A DNA stretch of 63,458 bases, filler included, from Globobulimina sp. (lineage: Eukaryota): assembly GCA_003354225.1 (NCBI GenBank). It is 24 parts of 24 records of this genome, joined end to end, with 100 filler letters (N's around TTAATTAATTAA, not from the genome) between each part and the next. Parts side by side here need not be neighbours in the genome. Positions count along the whole stretch, not along the records: positions 60,912 to 63,458 come from PIVH01006065.1; 23 more parts are not named here. One strand, given 5' to 3'. The notes beneath the pieces were generated by a model. It did no database searches, had not been told where the DNA came from, and saw nothing but the letters and a program-made list of their open reading frames with translations. A program made the translations under genes and the position numbers. Each line of letters begins with the position of its first letter. Position 1 is the stretch's first letter. This document shows positions 60,912-63,458 of this stretch, in pieces.

Positions 60912-62196
60912 AACGTACCACATTTAAGTATGGATAATTGGTTCCATCCATGCAACGAATCTCTGGAAAATAAATTCAACGGAACCTGCCCGTCGGATGC
61001 AGATAATTCGTGGATGCCATATGGTGTAAATGGCATGATCGCAGCGGCCGGATTATGTGTATGGAGTATTGACGGTAGTTGGTATTGTGTGACTGTGGCG
61101 GAAGAAGCTACCAATCCGAAAAAAGACATACCGAGAGCTATTATGATATGCCTGGTCATTGTGGTGGCATTATTTATTGGATTGACGGTGGTTATTACAG
61201 GCAAACAAACATTAATTACTTATACAATACATTGAAAAACGATATTACTGCTAACAAATGATGTTTTTTTTTGCATAGTAATTAATGTTTTTTGGTATAG
61301 GAATGGTTCCATTTTGGGCGTTGAGCGAAGGAAGTTGCGTAGCTGACGCATTTGAAAAAAATGGCAGTAAATGGATGCAGCGAATCGCCGCTTTGGGTGC
61401 AAGTTCGAATATGATCATATCCGCTGTTGGCTATACAATGATAGGTCCTCGACAGGCCTGGAGATTCGCGAAAGATGGCTTTCTTTGTAATTGTTTCGCA
61501 TATTTATCGCCCAAAACTAAAATACCAACGATTGGGACGTGCATTTTTATGATTTTCGGCATGCTCTTAGCTGGTTTTGTCGATTTAACACATATTTTGT
61601 CATTTGGTATTGTTTCTATTTGCATTTGGTACTCCGCCGTACAGTGTGGTTTGTTGATATTAAGATATTGCCCGCCGGAGTTATCTGCATTCATTGCGGA
61701 GCAGAATAATGACAATCGATTAATAGTGGAATATCCAAAGATAATTGATCAGGAATTATATATTACGGAGACATGGACGGAATCGAAAATATTTAAAATT
61801 ATTTGGTCGTATTTTTTATTATCGATGATAGTCTCTCATTTATTAGTATATCGATCATATTTTGTGTCGCATGACTCTTTGTTGATATTTTGGTGGATTT
61901 TATTCAGTGTTTTTACTGTGTTATGGATAGTTTGTATTCGTTGTATCATATATTTTAATTATAAGTTTGATTGGAAAGCATGGATAGATCAATTGAATGG
62001 GGAAAATGATATTACATTAATGCCATTGGTGCCTGGTTTTTCATTCGTGATCATATTTGTCAATTGCTATATGATTGGTACTTATGGGCCGTGGCTGCTG
62101 TTAGAATGCACGTGTTGCTTTTTAATAGGACTCTTGTTTTATTTTTGTTATGGTTATAAACAATCTGTGCTGTGGTCCAGACAAATGTTACAATAA
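60912..62196 (+). CDS. Cationic amino-acid transporter (APC/CAT), 5'-truncated; GC-AG intron 61201-61300
   Basis: WMPYGVNGMIAAA, AEEATNPKKDIPRAI, PR..W.FAKDGFL, PKTKIP, MPLVP..IFVNCYMI, FYFCYGYKQS. Confidence 0.9.
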
Positions 62197-62381
62197 CAAT
62201 CAATAAATAAATACATAATTATTATAATTACCTACGACTGCGACACTATTTTGTTATATATTATGCTGAGTTTTCGTAAATTAATTGCTTTTTTTGTGCA
62301 TTTAACGTCGGAGTCCTTCGGAATTAGTTTCCGGCTTTGATAGTCAATAAAATATATAAGAAACACAAGTGTAGAATGTTT

Positions 62382-63208
62382 TTATGTTGCATTGCCGGGA
62401 TCCGTTATAGTTTGCACAGTACGAATTTCCTCTAAATCATCCATTTCAGATTGATTCAACATTATCGACGCTTGTCCTGATGAAGAAATACGTGCTCTTT
62501 GTTGATATAATCTTAATCTAAACCATTCAAATAATTCTATAATAAATGTTTTTATAATTTTATAATTTTTTTATATTTCTATGTAAACAAACCTGTGATA
62601 TCAATAGCTCCCGATTTATTTGTATCCATTATATTCCATAATATTTCAGTTTCCGCAGCATTTAATCCAATCAATGCCCCAAACTGTTCAAATTCACCAT
62701 ATTCCAATTTACCAGAATGATCCGTATCCATTTCCTTAATTATTCTCAGTGATTTTGACAATAATTGCCATGTTATCTGCTGTACGATGTGTTTTTTAAT
62801 TTGAAAAACACTCGGATTAATTGCTTTATTTGTAAAATAATCCATCCATTCATTCATTGTTAATCTCCCATCTTCAATGTCAGTATCAATTAATTTAAAC
62901 ACTGCTTCCACAGAATCATTGATATTGACAATGCCTAAAAAACGTTGTAGCTCTTTTTGATGCATATACAATCCAGTTTTTTTAGCCCATGGTTGATATC
63001 CGGCAAATGTATAAAATACTAATTGCATCAGATTTGCATATTCCTTCCAATCTTCCGCACTTTCTATATCTACTACTTCTGCTTCTTTTTCTTCATTTGC
63101 ATTGAACGCATCATTTGTCATTTTTTTGTTTGGATCGCTAGCAATTGGTGCATAACCATCGTGTCTATATGGATCCAAATCATCACAACCACAACAAGTA
63201 CCACCCAT
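62382..63208 (-). CDS. N-acylated EF-hand calcium sensor; intron 62537-62592
   Basis: MGGTCCGC N-terminus; loops DTDIEDGRLTMNEW, DTDHSGKLEYGEF and DTNKSGAIDIT-E, the last completed by splicing. Confidence 0.85.
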
Positions 63209-63458
63209 TTACAACGCAAATGTTTTGGGAATAACTGGGAATATTAAATCATCCAAAAAAACTTTCACAAAAAACATCAAAGTACGAACCATCCTGTCAT
63301 TAACTTTTGAGAGATTACCTAACAACACACATAACAATTTGCAGGATCAATCATTGTACGTTGTGTATTTTTCGTAGTGACTGCTCATATATATACTATT
63401 ATATTATGACAAAATGCGAAATTGCGTGTTTATTAATGAATAAAATGCAAAATATATA

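Overview
This window is not one locus. It is 24 unrelated, size-sorted contigs of 2,550 down to 2,547 bp, joined by an artificial 100-bp linker (44 N + TTAATTAATTAA + 44 N), so adjacency across linkers means nothing. The DNA is AT-rich and gene-dense, and it is eukaryotic: I could splice many short (about 50-105 nt) GT-AG introns by hand, plus one probable GC-AG intron. The gene families suggest a foraminiferan (Rhizaria, Reticulomyxa-like); this is inference from recalled family content (Kelch proteins with an LLxDGYVR motif, MATH-coiled coil-SAM-U-box, ZZ-RING, large ART-like proteins). Signs of chimeric assembly or amplification are present, including a bacterial rodA fragment fused by microhomology and a terminal 67-bp duplication. 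Recognisable genes include ERCC6L/PICH, the ATM N-terminus, ECHDC3, CFAP73/CCDC42, an XRN2-like fragment, a Mieap-like protein, RhoGEF, ShK-P4H, a cationic amino-acid transporter, GH128 and a Cys-less pentameric channel. The strongest candidates for novelty are: (1) a GBP/atlastin-type GTPase fused directly to four TSP1 repeats and a C-terminal TM helix; (2) a family of large proteins with an R/H-S-E ADP-ribosyltransferase-like module; (3) an intron-containing surface protein built from Bacteroidetes-type HYR-like repeats; and (4) a spliced, membrane-anchored zeta-toxin-like kinase. All family calls come from motif recognition by eye, with no database search.
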